Source of the DNA: Octopus sinensis
Lineage: Eukaryota
DNA: 64,000 bases
Assembly (NCBI RefSeq): GCF_006345805.1
Contig: NC_043000.1
Span: forward strand, 868,001 to 932,000
Direction of reading: 5' to 3'
Positions 25,047 through 37,057 of this stretch are shown piece by piece. The translations under genes were made by a program, and so were the position numbers. Every line of letters starts with the position of its first letter. The first letter of the stretch is position 1. The notes beneath the pieces were generated by a model. The model searched no databases, was not told where the DNA came from, and saw only the letters and a program-made list of their open reading frames with translations.

Positions 25047-25085
<39 letters not shown>
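22557..25085. repeat. Near-identical ~1.24-kb tandem duplication, each unit containing a family C SINE (-)
   Basis: Unit starts at ~22612 and ~23843; bounded by (TA)n; differences mostly small indels. Confidence 0.93.
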
Positions 25086-25148
25086 TATATATATATATAT
25101 ACATGTGTATAAATATATATATATTATATATATATATTCATGTATATA

Positions 25149-25186
<38 letters not shown>

Positions 25187-25535
25187 TATATATTTATACG
25201 TATACACGCACATACAAATATGTATATCTATAGATGTATATATAGATGTATTCATAAATGTATATGTGTGTAGGTGTGGGGGTGGGGGTGTGAGTATGTG
25301 TGTGTGCGTGGGTGTGCGCGCGTTTACGTTTAAGTATTTGTTTTGCAAGATTCCTGATGTGAAATCGTATGTTGAAACGGATGCTGAAACAAACGTTTTT
25401 CAAAATAAATACACGCCGTTTTGACGCTTATTTCTAGCAATAGTGGTATTACTTAGTACCTTCTGTCACTTTAGTGACGTCTATAAATTTTCTTTTAGGT
25501 TTTAAATTGCTAATAAGCCACCCATATGATATATC

Positions 25536-25568
<33 letters not shown>

Positions 25569-25858
25569 TATATATATCTATATATATATATATAAAGGAA
25601 GGGTAGTGAGTGGATAGCGAAAGGGGTGCTAAACAAACACACACGCGTATATGTGTGAGCGTACATAAGTATATAATCACACACTATTCCCTAAATACTT
25701 CCCTTTCTTTCTGCTTTTTTCCCCCTTTTCTTCTCTCTGTCTTCCTCTCCTCTCTCTTTCTCTCCTCCTTTCCTTCCTCTTTTCTCCTCCTTTTCTCAAA
25801 CAAAACAAAACAACATCCTCTTTTCGATTTGAATAAACGGCAAAAAAATTTCCAGTAA

Positions 25859-25909
25859 AATCTTACCTGAAGAGTCTCCACCAACAGACGAAAGCGCTTA
25901 TAAAAGATT
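25859..25909 (+). ncRNA. Minimal type I hammerhead-like motif
   Basis: CTGAAGA 25867-73, stem II gtct/agac, GAAA 25890-93, palindromic AGCGCT stem III; stem I imperfect. Confidence 0.65.
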
Positions 25910-25983
25910 ATCCAAAATTCCGATGATCTCCTTTTTCTTAATAAACACACACACACACACACACACATACACACACACACACA

Positions 25984-26047
<64 letters not shown>

Positions 26048-26476
26048 CAAGATAGTAGTGCATTACAGCCGTTTCAGGCGGCTCGATTTAATCGAACAAT
26101 GCAAGCACTACAAGAATTTGAAATGCACAATAACAACAGCATATAATTCTTTCATTTTCTAATTCCCATGAAATATTTGCTAAAAATAATAATGGAGTAT
26201 CCTATATCGTGAAAACCTGTAAGACCTTATACATCCGAAGATGGCCGTGTATTTCAAATTGATGTAATTCTTGCGTTGTTCGGTGAAATGGAGCCTCCTA
26301 AAACGGCCGTAATTCACTAATACTTTGACATCATTGTTACTTATTTGCTTTTTAGTCACCTCGTGCTGTAAGGATAATACTGGATTGACTTGGTGTCTCA
26401 ACTTAAGTGCCTAATTCAACTGAATTTTAATTATTTATATGTATGTATATGTAAATATATATATATATATATATAG

Positions 26477-26507
<31 letters not shown>

Positions 26508-26521
26508 TATATATATATATC

Positions 26522-26612
26522 ATCAAAATAAGCAACAAGGATAACTTCGGTAATTTGGTACGATCGTTTCACGCTACAAATTACCGAAGTTATTCTTGTT
26601 GCTTATTTTGAT
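26522..26612. repeat. Hairpin palindrome, 36-bp arms, 19-nt loop
   Basis: atcaaaataagcaacaaggataacttcggtaatttg and its reverse complement (1 mismatch). Confidence 0.9.
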
Positions 26613-26746
26613 TATAATCACCCCATGGATTTATATGGATAACACCATACAAAATTCTGGTGCATCTAACTTAAGTACCATATTCATTTGAATCTAAATT
26701 TTACATATATATATATATACATAGATACATATATGTATGCATCTAC

Positions 26747-26817
<71 letters not shown>

Positions 26818-26919
26818 TACCAACTAGTTTCATGATCTCAAGTTATACTGTATTGAAAAGCTCAAATAAAGGCGAAATAACGTTATCTATAGCTACTTGG
26901 ACACGATATATGCATACAT

Positions 26920-26950
<31 letters not shown>

Positions 26951-27138
26951 TACTCTAAGTAATTAAGGGTTTAGCAACGAATTGCCTCACCACACACCGA
27001 ATTTAGAAATAGCAGTCAAAGAGTTATAGCCATTCTTTCTACTAAAAGGGAGATCTCAGTAAAAACACAGCACTTGAAAGGCAAACACAGACAGGTAAGA
27101 GAGAATGAAATGACGGCAATCTATCATACAATTTTAAG

Positions 27139-27234
27139 TCACCTACGGACGTACGTTTCGAAATTAAGTTTTAGGAAAGCATAAGAATTAGATAATCATG
27201 TCTTACCCAACTTCTTTTCTCATCAGCGTAGGAC
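27139..27234 (-). ncRNA. Type I hammerhead ribozyme motif (left arm)
   Basis: gtcctacg CTGATGA gaaa...tttc GAAA cgtac GTC cgtaggtgac. Confidence 0.88.
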
Positions 27235-27460
27235 ACTACAATTATGAATAATTGTTACTGATAGCCATATTTCATCCCAGTAAATGACCACAGCATCTTG
27301 TCTTGGCTACACGCGGGTGGGAAGGGGTTGGTGACACAAACTTTCATTCACACTTTGAATTTGGTGATACTGGTAACGGCTTTAGCTCGCTCTGATACTG
27401 AGTTGAGATGATGCCTTCTAGTATCTCGAAATTTAATATACAATTATTCATAATTGTAGT

Positions 27461-27558
27461 GTCCTACGCTGATGAGAGAAGAAGTTGGGTAAGACATGAT
27501 TATCTAATTCTTATGCTTTCTCCTAAAACTTAATTCGAAACGTACGTCCGTAGGTGAC
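27461..27558 (+). ncRNA. Type I hammerhead ribozyme motif (right arm), predicted cleavage after C27548
   Basis: CTGATGA 27469-75, GAAA 27537-40, palindromic ACGTACGT stem III, stem I cctacg/cgtagg. Confidence 0.88.
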
Positions 27559-27942
27559 TTAAAATTGTATGATAGATTGCCGTCATTTCATTCTCTCTTA
27601 CCTGTCTGTGTTTGCCTTTCAAGTGCTGTGTTTTTACTGAGATCTCCCTTTTAGTAGAAAGAATAGCTATAACTCTTTGACTGCTATTTCTAAATTCGGT
27701 GTGTGGTGAGGCAATTCGTTGCTAAACCCTTAATTACTTAGTATTACTTAAACTTTCCTCGAATGAGGCTTTTACATGCCGAGATCTACTTGGTGTAATT
27801 AATGATTATTCCAAATTAATTAATTTCACCCTATATTGTTACTGATAGCCATATATATATATATATATGCCAATATACACATGCACATATATATGTTTAC
27901 TCTTTTTCCTTTTGTTTTTCCTCTTCCTTCTTTCTTCTACAG

Positions 27943-28185
27943 GTAACGGCACCATAGAATTCAACGAGTTTCTCGAAATGATGATGAAGTGTAAATCGGA
28001 AACAAACGAGCGGCAAGAAGTGACAGACGCCTTCAAAGTGTTCGACACGAACAAGGATGGTTTCATTAATGCTTCTGAGTTACGTCACGTCATGATGAAC
28101 TTAGGCGAAAAACTCACCGATAAAGAGGTGGAGGATATGATCAGAGAAGCCGACGCAGACGGTGACGGCCGAATAGACTATGAAG
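27943..28185 (+). CDS. Calmodulin-like EF-hand protein, internal exon (end of EF2, EF3, EF4)
   Basis: [14 protein letters not shown]...[52 protein letters not shown]; polypyrimidine-AG acceptor, GT donor, phase 1/1 at calmodulin intron positions. Confidence 0.93.
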
Positions 28186-28461
28186 GTAAAGCGAGTTCGA
28201 ATTAGGCAGTAGGTAGTGAATGAGATGTTATGGGTATCGCTGTTATTTGTATTGCGTTCTTTTACTTGTTTTAGTCATTAGACTACGGCCATGCTGGGAC
28301 ACCACTTTGAAGAATGTTTTTGTCAAATGCATCGAGTCCAGTACTTCTTTTTTAAGCCTGGTTTATTTTTTAAGCCTGGCATAGGTTTGTGCTTCTAAAA
28401 ATCTTACACACACACACACCTATATATATATATTTAAAAAAGATGTGGAACACAAGTTGTG

Positions 28462-28592
28462 ATATATAAAAAAGGAAATGAAGAAAATGCTGACAAAATA
28501 ATTTAAGTAATTTAAGTAATTACTTAAATTACTTAAATTACTTAAATTACTTAAATTATTTTGTCAGCATTTTCTTCATTTCCTTTTATATA
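28462..28592. repeat. Palindrome with a central 9-bp tandem repeat (atttaagta/ttacttaaa)
   Basis: Direct reading. Confidence 0.9.
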
Positions 28593-28599
28593 TACTATA

Positions 28600-28830
28600 T
28601 ATATATAAATATATATTGTGACCGTGTGTGCACCGTTGGCGATATTTTTCCTCCGTCTTCCCTTCTTTGGATCTTTCCTTTTCCTATGTTTCTGACGAAG
28701 AGCTCCGCTCGAAACATTAAACGCTCCTTCTTTCCTTCTTTCCTGAGTGTCCAATAATACTACACTTGTTCCACGTCCTCGCGTTGTTGTGTTTTCTCTT
28801 TGTGTTTTCATGTTTGGATTAACTTTATAT
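28600..28830 (+). mobile_element. PLE terminal-repeat-like relic with a degenerate hammerhead (28688-28722)
   Basis: gttt CTGACGA a gagc-tcc-gctc GAAA catt aaac. Confidence 0.5.
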
Positions 28831-29438
28831 ATATATATATATATTATTCAAAGGAATTCCAACTCTGTTTTTTATGTTATAAATTATATTCTTTATAATA
28901 TTAATGTAGAATATAGAATATATAGTATAAATAGTATATATAGTAAAATGAAATGAAGTATTGATTGTCTTATTGAATAGATGAAATATTGAATATCAAA
29001 TATTAAGGGACATTAAGGGACTAGTATACTTTCTTGCATTTAAGCAGTCTTCAAGGTCCCAGGTTGTGACAGGAATGTTTCAACTGTATGTATATATTAT
29101 ATATATATATATATAATATATATATATATATACATAGAGAGAGAGAGAGAGAGGGGGGAGACAGACAGACAGACAAGCAGGCAGACAGATAGAGTCAGAG
29201 ACTGAGAGAGAGACAAAAAGAGAGGGAGATAGGGAGAGAGAGGCGTGATGGGGAAAGCTGAGAGCCAAAAAGGGATCCAGAGATATACCAAATTGGTGGA
29301 GAACGGGATGGAGAATGAAAGGATAAGAGATAAATGAGTGAAAGAGAATGGAGAAAGATGAGGAGATACTGATATAAGAAAACCTTTCGGGAAGGTTTAT
29401 TAATTTTATTTTAATGATATTTTTGTCTTTCTTTGCAG

Positions 29439-29467
29439 AATTTATTCGGATCCTGATGGCCAAATAG
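29439..29467 (+). CDS. Calmodulin-like gene, last coding exon (EFIRILMAK*)
   Basis: ttttgtctttctttgcag acceptor; phase 1 fits the previous exon; resembles calmodulin EFVxMMTxK*. Confidence 0.88.
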
Positions 29468-30422
29468 CACCAACGTACCTTAAATATTTTATCTAACAAC
29501 GCACGTATTTTTGCATATTTTTCACCATATTAAAACATATTGTTCACTATAACTTTATATCATTATTCCTCACTATCAATTTACGACATTTTTGAAATTT
29601 TGAAATTCACGAATACAGCACGTCTTTTAAAAAAGAAATGTGGACAAGCACAGAAATATTCATCCTTTTTTAGATCTGATTCTTTACCACAGCAGAAATT
29701 CTTCATATATTTCACGAAAAGGCCTTTTTAACTCATTCTATTTACATTCTATTTTAAATTGATAATGCACAATCTTTTAGCTGAATTATTAAAAACTATA
29801 TTGATTAAATCTTGTTTATTTCTTATTTTCTTCTGTGTAATATCGATTTCAAATTTTGGCACAAGGCCAGCAATTTTGTGAGAGTGAGTAAGTTGATTAC
29901 ATCGACCTCAGTGTTCAACTGGTACTTATTATATCGACCACTGAAAAGATGAAAAGCAAAGTCGATCTCGGTGGAAATTTGAACTTAGAACGTGGAGACG
30001 GACGAAATGCATGCTAACGATTCTGCCAGCTCGCTACCTTGAACTAAACAAATATTAAATAAGTAACGATTGCAAATTTTGATTCTAGAATTGTATTTAA
30101 GCAACCGATCTTCAGAAATTTTAGAGCGTTTTACAGAATATTACTAACGCTTACGTTCTGAAAAAAAAAATCCCAACTCTGTTAACTTTATTTTTAATCC
30201 TTTCAAGGTCGATAAGATAAGGTGCCAGCAAATGTGGAAGCGTTCTCCAGTTGAGTACTGTTCACAGAACCATCATGGTTGACAAGTGGGGGATTAGAAG
30301 GGTTTTGTAAAGGATCGAAAAACATCGGCTGCAGTTTTTGAGGCAATAAAGTTCGAGGTATGTGCGATGAGAAGAGGTATCATTTGCACTTCAGTTAATA
30401 ATCTTGCAGTTGTGGGGTTGGT

Positions 30423-31524
30423 TTACGAACTGGGGTCGAAGTAATCGACTTAATCCGTTTGTCTGTCCTTGTTTGTCCCCTCTATGTTTAGTCCCTTGTG
30501 GGTAATAAAGAAACAGATATCGTTCTATTCAGAGTCTGTGGAAGCAATGGACACAACCTGATCAGCTCTAGACCAAAAAAAAAACAACAACAACAACAAA
30601 AAAGAAAAAAAATACCAAACAAAAGCAGTTTGAGGGGTGGGTAATTTTCCTTATGTGCTGTATATATTCGATGACCTCATAGCATCCAACACCATACTAG
30701 ATAAACCTCCTCCAAAAGAATCCCTTAACATTTCACAGGGATCACCAGCATTGACACATTGGTCACTTCACGCTATCAAGGCCACCGGCTCTAACAATGT
30801 CTCCTCTATGTTCCTCTCACAGCTCGCTCCAGTCCTTGCCCCTGGATGAATCCAGTTATTCAATTGATGTATCTTCACGTTTTCTGTTCATTCTTACTTC
30901 CTTTCTTTCTCTCTATCTATTTTCTGCCTGCCTCTATGTCTATCTCCCACGTCTATCTCTTTCTCTCTATCTCTCTTTCTCTTTCCCTCTACCTCTCTTT
31001 CTCTCTCTCCCTCCATTTCTCTCTCTTTCTCCTACTTTCTCTTCTATCACTACTACAGTAGCCTCTGCTCTTAGGAGCCGTATGATCTCAAGCCACCTCC
31101 ACTGAAGCATTCTCCTCACTCTCACTCTTTTCCTCATTACCTCATACCAATCCCTACGTCCAGTCTCTCCGCACAAGAAGTCAGCCTATCGAATTAAGCT
31201 CCTCCTTTATGCCCATGCATTTTCTGAAGCAATCAACTTGGATGAGTTTCAGCGGGGCTCTAACAGCATCAGACGGCGAGCTGGCAGAACCGTTAGCACG
31301 CCGGGCGAAATGCGTAGCCGTATTTCGTCTGCCGTTATGTTCTGAGTTTAAATTCTGCCGAGGCCGACTTTGACTTTCATCCTTTTGGGGTCGATAAATT
31401 AAGTACCAGTTACGAACTGGGGTCGATGTATTCGACTTAATCCGTTTGTTGTCCTTGTTTGTCCCCTCCATGATTAGCCCCTTGTGGGTAATAAAGAAAC
31501 AGATATCGTTCTATTCGGATATAT

Positions 31525-31593
<69 letters not shown>

Positions 31594-32962
31594 AGCACTC
31601 CGTCGGTTGCGACGATGAGGGTCCCAGCTGATACGATCAACGGAACAGTTTGCTCGTGATATTAACGTGCAAGTGGCTAAGCACTCCACAGACACGTGAC
31701 CCTTAACGTAGTTCTCGAGGAGATTCAGCGTGACACAGATTGTGACAAGGCCGGCCCTTTGAAAAAATACAGGTACAACAGAAACAGGAAGAAAGAGCGA
31801 GAGAAAGTTGTGGTGAAAGAGTACAGCAGGGTTCACCACCATCCCCTGCCGGAGCCTCGTGGAGCTTTAGGTGTTTTCGCTCAATAAACACTCACAATGC
31901 CCGGTCTGAGAATCGAAACCGCGATCCTCCGACCGCGAGTCCGCTGCTCTAACTACTGGGCCTTTGCGCCTCTATTCGGATAGTCTGTGAAAGCAATGGA
32001 CACAACCTGATCTCCTCTAGACCAAAAGAAAACAAGAACAACAACAACAAAGAAAAAAATACCAACAAAAGCAGTTTGAGGGGTGGGTAATTTTCCTTAT
32101 GTGCTGTATATATTCGATGACCTCATAGCATCCAACACCATACTAGATAAACCTCCTCCAAAAGAATCCCTTAACATTTCACAGGGATCACCAGCATTGA
32201 CATATTGGTCACTTCACGCTATCAAGGCCACGGCTCTAACAATGTCTCCTCTATGTTCCTCTCACAGCTCGCTCCAGTCCTTGCCCCTGGATGAATCCAG
32301 TTATTCATTGATGTATCTTCACGTTTTCTGTTCATTCTTACTTCCTTTCTTTCTCTCTATCTATTTTCTGCCTGCCTCTATGTCTATCTCCCACGTCTAT
32401 CTCTTTCTCTCTATCTCTCTTTCTCTTTCCCTCTACCTCTCTTTCTCTCTCTCCCTCCATTTCTCTCTCTTTCTCCTACTTTCTCTTTCTATCACTACTA
32501 CAGTAGCCTCTGCTCTTAGGAGCCGTATGATCTCAAGCCACCTCCACTGAAGCATTCTCCTCACTCTCACTCTTTTCCTCATTACCTCATACCAATCCCT
32601 ACGTCCAGTCTCTTCCGCACAAGAAGTCAGCCTATCGAATTAAGCTCCTCCTTTATGCCCATGCATTTTCTGAAGCAATCAACTTGGATGAGTTTCAGCG
32701 GGGCTCTAACAGCATCAGACGGCGAGCTGGCAGAACCGTTAGCACGCCGGGCGAAATGCGTAGCCGTATTTCGTCTGCCGTTATGTTCTGAGTTTAAATT
32801 CTGCCGAGGCCGACTTTGACTTTCATCCTTTTGGGGTCGATAAATTAAGTACCAGTTACGAACTGGGGTCGATGTATTCGACTTAATCCGTTTGTTTGTC
32901 CTTGTTTGTCCCCTCCATGATTAGCCCCTTGTGGGTAATAAAGAAACAGATATCGTTCTATT

Positions 32963-32998
<36 letters not shown>

Positions 32999-33467
32999 AG
33001 CACTCCGTCGGTTGCGACGATGAGGGTCCCAGCTGATACGATCAACGGAACAGTTTGCTCGTGATATTAACGTGCAAGTGGCTAAGCACTCCACAGACAC
33101 GTGACCCTTAACGTAGTTCTCGAGGAGATTCAGCGTGACACAGATTGTGACAAGGCTGGCCCTTTGAAATACAGGTACAAGAGAAACAGGAAGAAAGAGC
33201 GAGAGAAAGTTGTGGTGAAAGAGTACAGCAGGGTCCACCACCATCCCCTGCCGGAGCCTCGTGGAGCTTTAGGTGTTTTCGCTCAATAAACACTCACAAT
33301 GCCCGGTCTGAGAATCGAAACCGCGATCCTCCGACCGCGAGTCCGCTGCTCTAACTACTGGGCCTTTGCGCCTCTATTCGGATAGTCTGTGAAAGCAATG
33401 GACACAACCTGATCTCCTCTAGACCAAAAGAAAACAAGAACAACAACAACAAAGAAAAAATACCAAA
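30423..33467. repeat. ~1.4-kb tandem duplication (2 units plus partial third) containing SINE A (+) and SINE B (-)
   Basis: Recurring gtctgtg.aagcaatggacacaacctg at ~30534, 31983 and 33385. Confidence 0.93.
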
Positions 33468-33639
33468 CGAAGCATAAAGAGAAAGAAATAAGAAAAATAT
33501 CTGGAATTTTGAGTAACAATAAATGGAAAAGTTATGCAAAGGGAACAGCTAAAGAAAAGCCATCGAAAAATACCGATGTGTTGAAAGCTTCCCATTTCTA
33601 CTAAGCAAACTTTTTTTTTTTAATCATTTTTCCTGTATA

Positions 33640-35205
33640 GGCGCAGGAGTGGCTGTGTGGTAAGTAGCTTGCTAACCAACCACATGGTTCCGGGGTCAGT
33701 CCCACTGTGTGGCATCTTGGGAAAGTGTCTTCTGCTATAGCCCCGGGCCGACCAATGCCTTGTGAGTGGATTTGGTAGACGGAAACTGAAGAAGCCTGTC
33801 GTATATATGTATATATATATATAAGTGTGTGTGTATATGTTTGTGTGTCTGTGTTTGTTCCCCCCACATCACTTGACAACCGATGCTGGTGTGTTTACGT
33901 CCCCGTCACTTAGCGGTTTGGCAAAAGAGACCGATAGAATAAGTACTGGCTTACAAGAATAATCCGGGGTCGATTTGCTCGACTAAAGGCGGTGCTCCAG
34001 CAGGCTGCTGTCAAATGACTGAAACAAGTAAAAGAGTATTTGTATCGGTAATTTGCACTGCCGTTGTGCTTGGTCAACACTTTAAAGGGTTTTAGTTGAA
34101 CAAATCGACCCCGGTATTTTGTTTTTTTTTCTCCTTTTCAAGACTGGTACTTATTCAATTGATCACTTTGACCGAACCGCTAAGTTACTGGGACGTAAAC
34201 AAACCAACACCGGTTGTCAAGCTGTGGCCGTGATGTTAACTAACACAGATACCAAGACTAACACAGTTACACGCGCGCACACACACACAAACATGTATAT
34301 AACATATATGTGTGTATGTGTGTGAGTGTTATAATATATATATATAGGCGTAGGAGTGGCTGTGGGGTAAGTAGCTTGCTTAGCAACCACATGGTTCCGG
34401 GTTCAGTCCCACTGCGTGGCACCTTGGGCAAGTGTTTTCTACTATAGCCTCGGGTCAACCAAAACCTTGTGAGTGGATTTGGTAGACGGAAACTGAAAGA
34501 AGTCTGTCGTATATATATGTATACGTATGTGTATATGTATATGGCTGTGTATATGTATATGGCTGTATATGTTTGTGTGTCTGTGTTTGTCCCCCCCCCA
34601 ACATCGCTTGACAACAGATGCTGGTGTGTTTACGTCCCCGTGACTTAGCGGTTCGGCAAAAGATTCCGATAGAATAAGTACTAGACTTACAAAGAATAAG
34701 TCCTGGGGGTCAATTTGCTCGACTAAAGGCAGTGCTCCAGCATGGCCACAGTCAAATGACTGAAACAAGTAAAAGAGTAAAGAGTAAAAGAGTATATGTT
34801 TGTGTTGTGTTCGTGTATGCATAATATATATACATATAATACATAATAATGACGAGTGGAGGCGCAATGGCCCAGTGATTAGGGCAACGGACTCGCGGTC
34901 ATAGGATCGCGGTTTCGATTCCCAGACCGGGCGTTGTGAGTGTTTATTGAGCGAAAACACCTAAAAGCTCCACAGTGGTGATCCCTGCTGTACTCTTTCA
35001 CCACAACTTTCTCTCACTCTTACTTCCTGTTTCTGTTGTACCTGTATTTCTAAGGGCCGGTCTTGTCACTCTCTGTGTCACGCTGAATATGGGTGCACGT
35101 GTCTGTGGAGTTAATTTCACGAGCAGGCTGTTCCGTTGATTCGGATCAACCGGAACCCTCATCGTCGTAACCGACGGAGTGCTTCCCTATAATTGACGAA
35201 ATTGG
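33640..35205. mobile_element. SINE cluster: family C (+) 33640-34035 and 34345-34795, partial C (-), family B (+) 34855-35205
   Basis: Similarity to other copies; family C has caccttgggcaagtgt after the tRNA head and an internal TA/GT microsatellite. Confidence 0.88.
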
Positions 35206-35983
35206 AGTAATGAGGAGGGAGTACGGTTGGACATTTGTTTATTATTCACTGAAATTGTCTCGACGCAACGTAGTTCTCCAAGAATACAGGTATTTGATTA
35301 TGCAACTGTTTGTTTGCACAATGTGATCTAATTGTGTTACCTCAGGCGCTATAGAAGTGCTGTCTCCATTAGTTTAAAATTACCGACTTCACGAACATCT
35401 CCTCTCTTTGTAGTGGTTTGAATTTAGTTGTAGCTGAAATACTCGTAGTGCAAGGTGTGAGAGCGTGTTTGTCCGACTGCTATGAAAAGCAGTAGATGGT
35501 ACAAGCTAGCCTTTAAGTGGGATAGTCTTTTATTTGGTTGTATTTCAGATTTGTTCTTCATGGTTGGCTTCATGGCTGGAATTTTCTACTCTGACCTTTA
35601 GCATCCATTGATAACTATAATATATAATCAAAATAAACAACAGGATTTCAAGTAGTAATGCAGTACGACCGTTTCAAGCGGATCAATTTAATTGAACAAT
35701 GCAATTATGACGTCAATTTAAATATAGCGCTATCTTCAGCTGCACAAAAATTATGGAACTTCAAAAGGCAAGATACATTAATTTAATTTTAATTAAATAT
35801 TTTAACAGAGCAAGAAAATGAAGAAATTCATGATGTCGCTATTGTAGCAAGAATGGCTAAGAAAACAGACAACAATTTCTTAGAATAGCATGGAGCATAG
35901 TGAGGTCACAGGGTTGTAATTCATTTCCAATTTATTTATCTCTTTATCATCCGCTAAAATCTGAGACTAGAAGACTGTGTACA

Positions 35984-36380
35984 TCTTTATATATAAAAGT
36001 CAAGTTGTGTGTCTGTCTCCTACGATTTAGATTCCTAACTACTCCCACATTTTGCGGTGCAGTGTAACCAAAACCGGGTATCTTATAGTCGTGATTCATA
36101 TCGAGCCCTTCTGGGTATTAGCGCGCGTCTACGATGAATCTACGATTTAAAAAAAAAATTACCATCATTTATTTCCATTTTAATGCATTTTTTCGCTATT
36201 ATATGAGAGAAGTAACTCTCTAAAAATGCCTACGATGAGTCAACGATTTTTTAAAAAATTTACCATCATTTTTTTCCATTTTTAATGCATTTTTTTGCTA
36301 TTTTTTGGCTATAACTCTCTAAAAATGCTTATATAGTTATTTCCCTTACAAACGCGAGCAACGCCGGGCGATACTGCTAG
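35984..36380 (+). mobile_element. Non-autonomous Helitron
   Basis: A|TC 5' end; subterminal hairpin-like gcgagcaacgccgggc; CTAG|T 3' end. Confidence 0.88.
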
Positions 36381-36660
36381 TTTAGAAGAAAGAGCAAAAT
36401 TGAGTTGACAGCTCATGGCTAGCTATTTGTCATAAATATTGTCATAGGTTCCCCTTTACCTACAAGAAAAAAAAAACCAAAACTTTAGAAAGAGTCAATT
36501 AGATAGAAGTATCTGTCTATAAAAAGAGGTAGGGTAGGGCTGACTTTAATTTATGATGATATTACCAGTTAAGGGGTAAAGCACAATGTAAAAATCAAGA
36601 TGCTATAATGAGATGCAGGAACAATATTAGGGGTTCGACGGAAAAAACGTTTATATGCAA

Positions 36661-37057
36661 CTAGCAGTATCGCCCGGCGTTGCTCGGGTTTGTAAGGGAA
36701 ATAACTATATAAGCATTGTTAGAGAGTTATAGCCAAAAAATAGCAAAAAATGTATTAAAAATGGAAAAAAAAATATGGTAAATTTTTTTTTAAATCGTTG
36801 ACTCATCGTAGACATTTATAGAGAGTTACTTCCTTATATAATAGCGAAAAATATGCATTAAAATGGAAACAAATTATGGTAAATTATTTTTAAAATGGTA
36901 GACTCATCGTAGACACGCGCTAATACCCAGACGGGCTCGATATGAATCACGACTATAAGATACCCGGTTTTGGTTAAACTGCACCGCAAAATGTGGGAGT
37001 AGTTAGGAATCTAAATCGTAGGAGACAGACACACAACTTGACTTTTATACATAAAGA
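36661..37057 (-). mobile_element. Non-autonomous Helitron, inverted copy of 35984-36380
   Basis: 5' TC at 37057; cccgagcaacgccggg hairpin; CTAG|T at 36661. Confidence 0.88.

Larger units (their letters stand above)
26956..27740. mobile_element. ORF-less fold-back element with ~300-bp inverted arms, each carrying a hammerhead
   Basis: Arms 26956-27255 and 27440-27740 near-identical; 184-bp spacer. Confidence 0.9.

Noticed and set aside
30637-31105. Duplicated ORFs MGNFPYVLYIFDD...
   Set aside because: No domain or splice support; they recur only because of the tandem duplication.
31696-31891. Recurrent ORFs such as MTLNVVLEEIQRD, MKGKVDLGGI and ...RRHLPKVPRSGTEPG
   Set aside because: Incidental frames of SINE families A-C.
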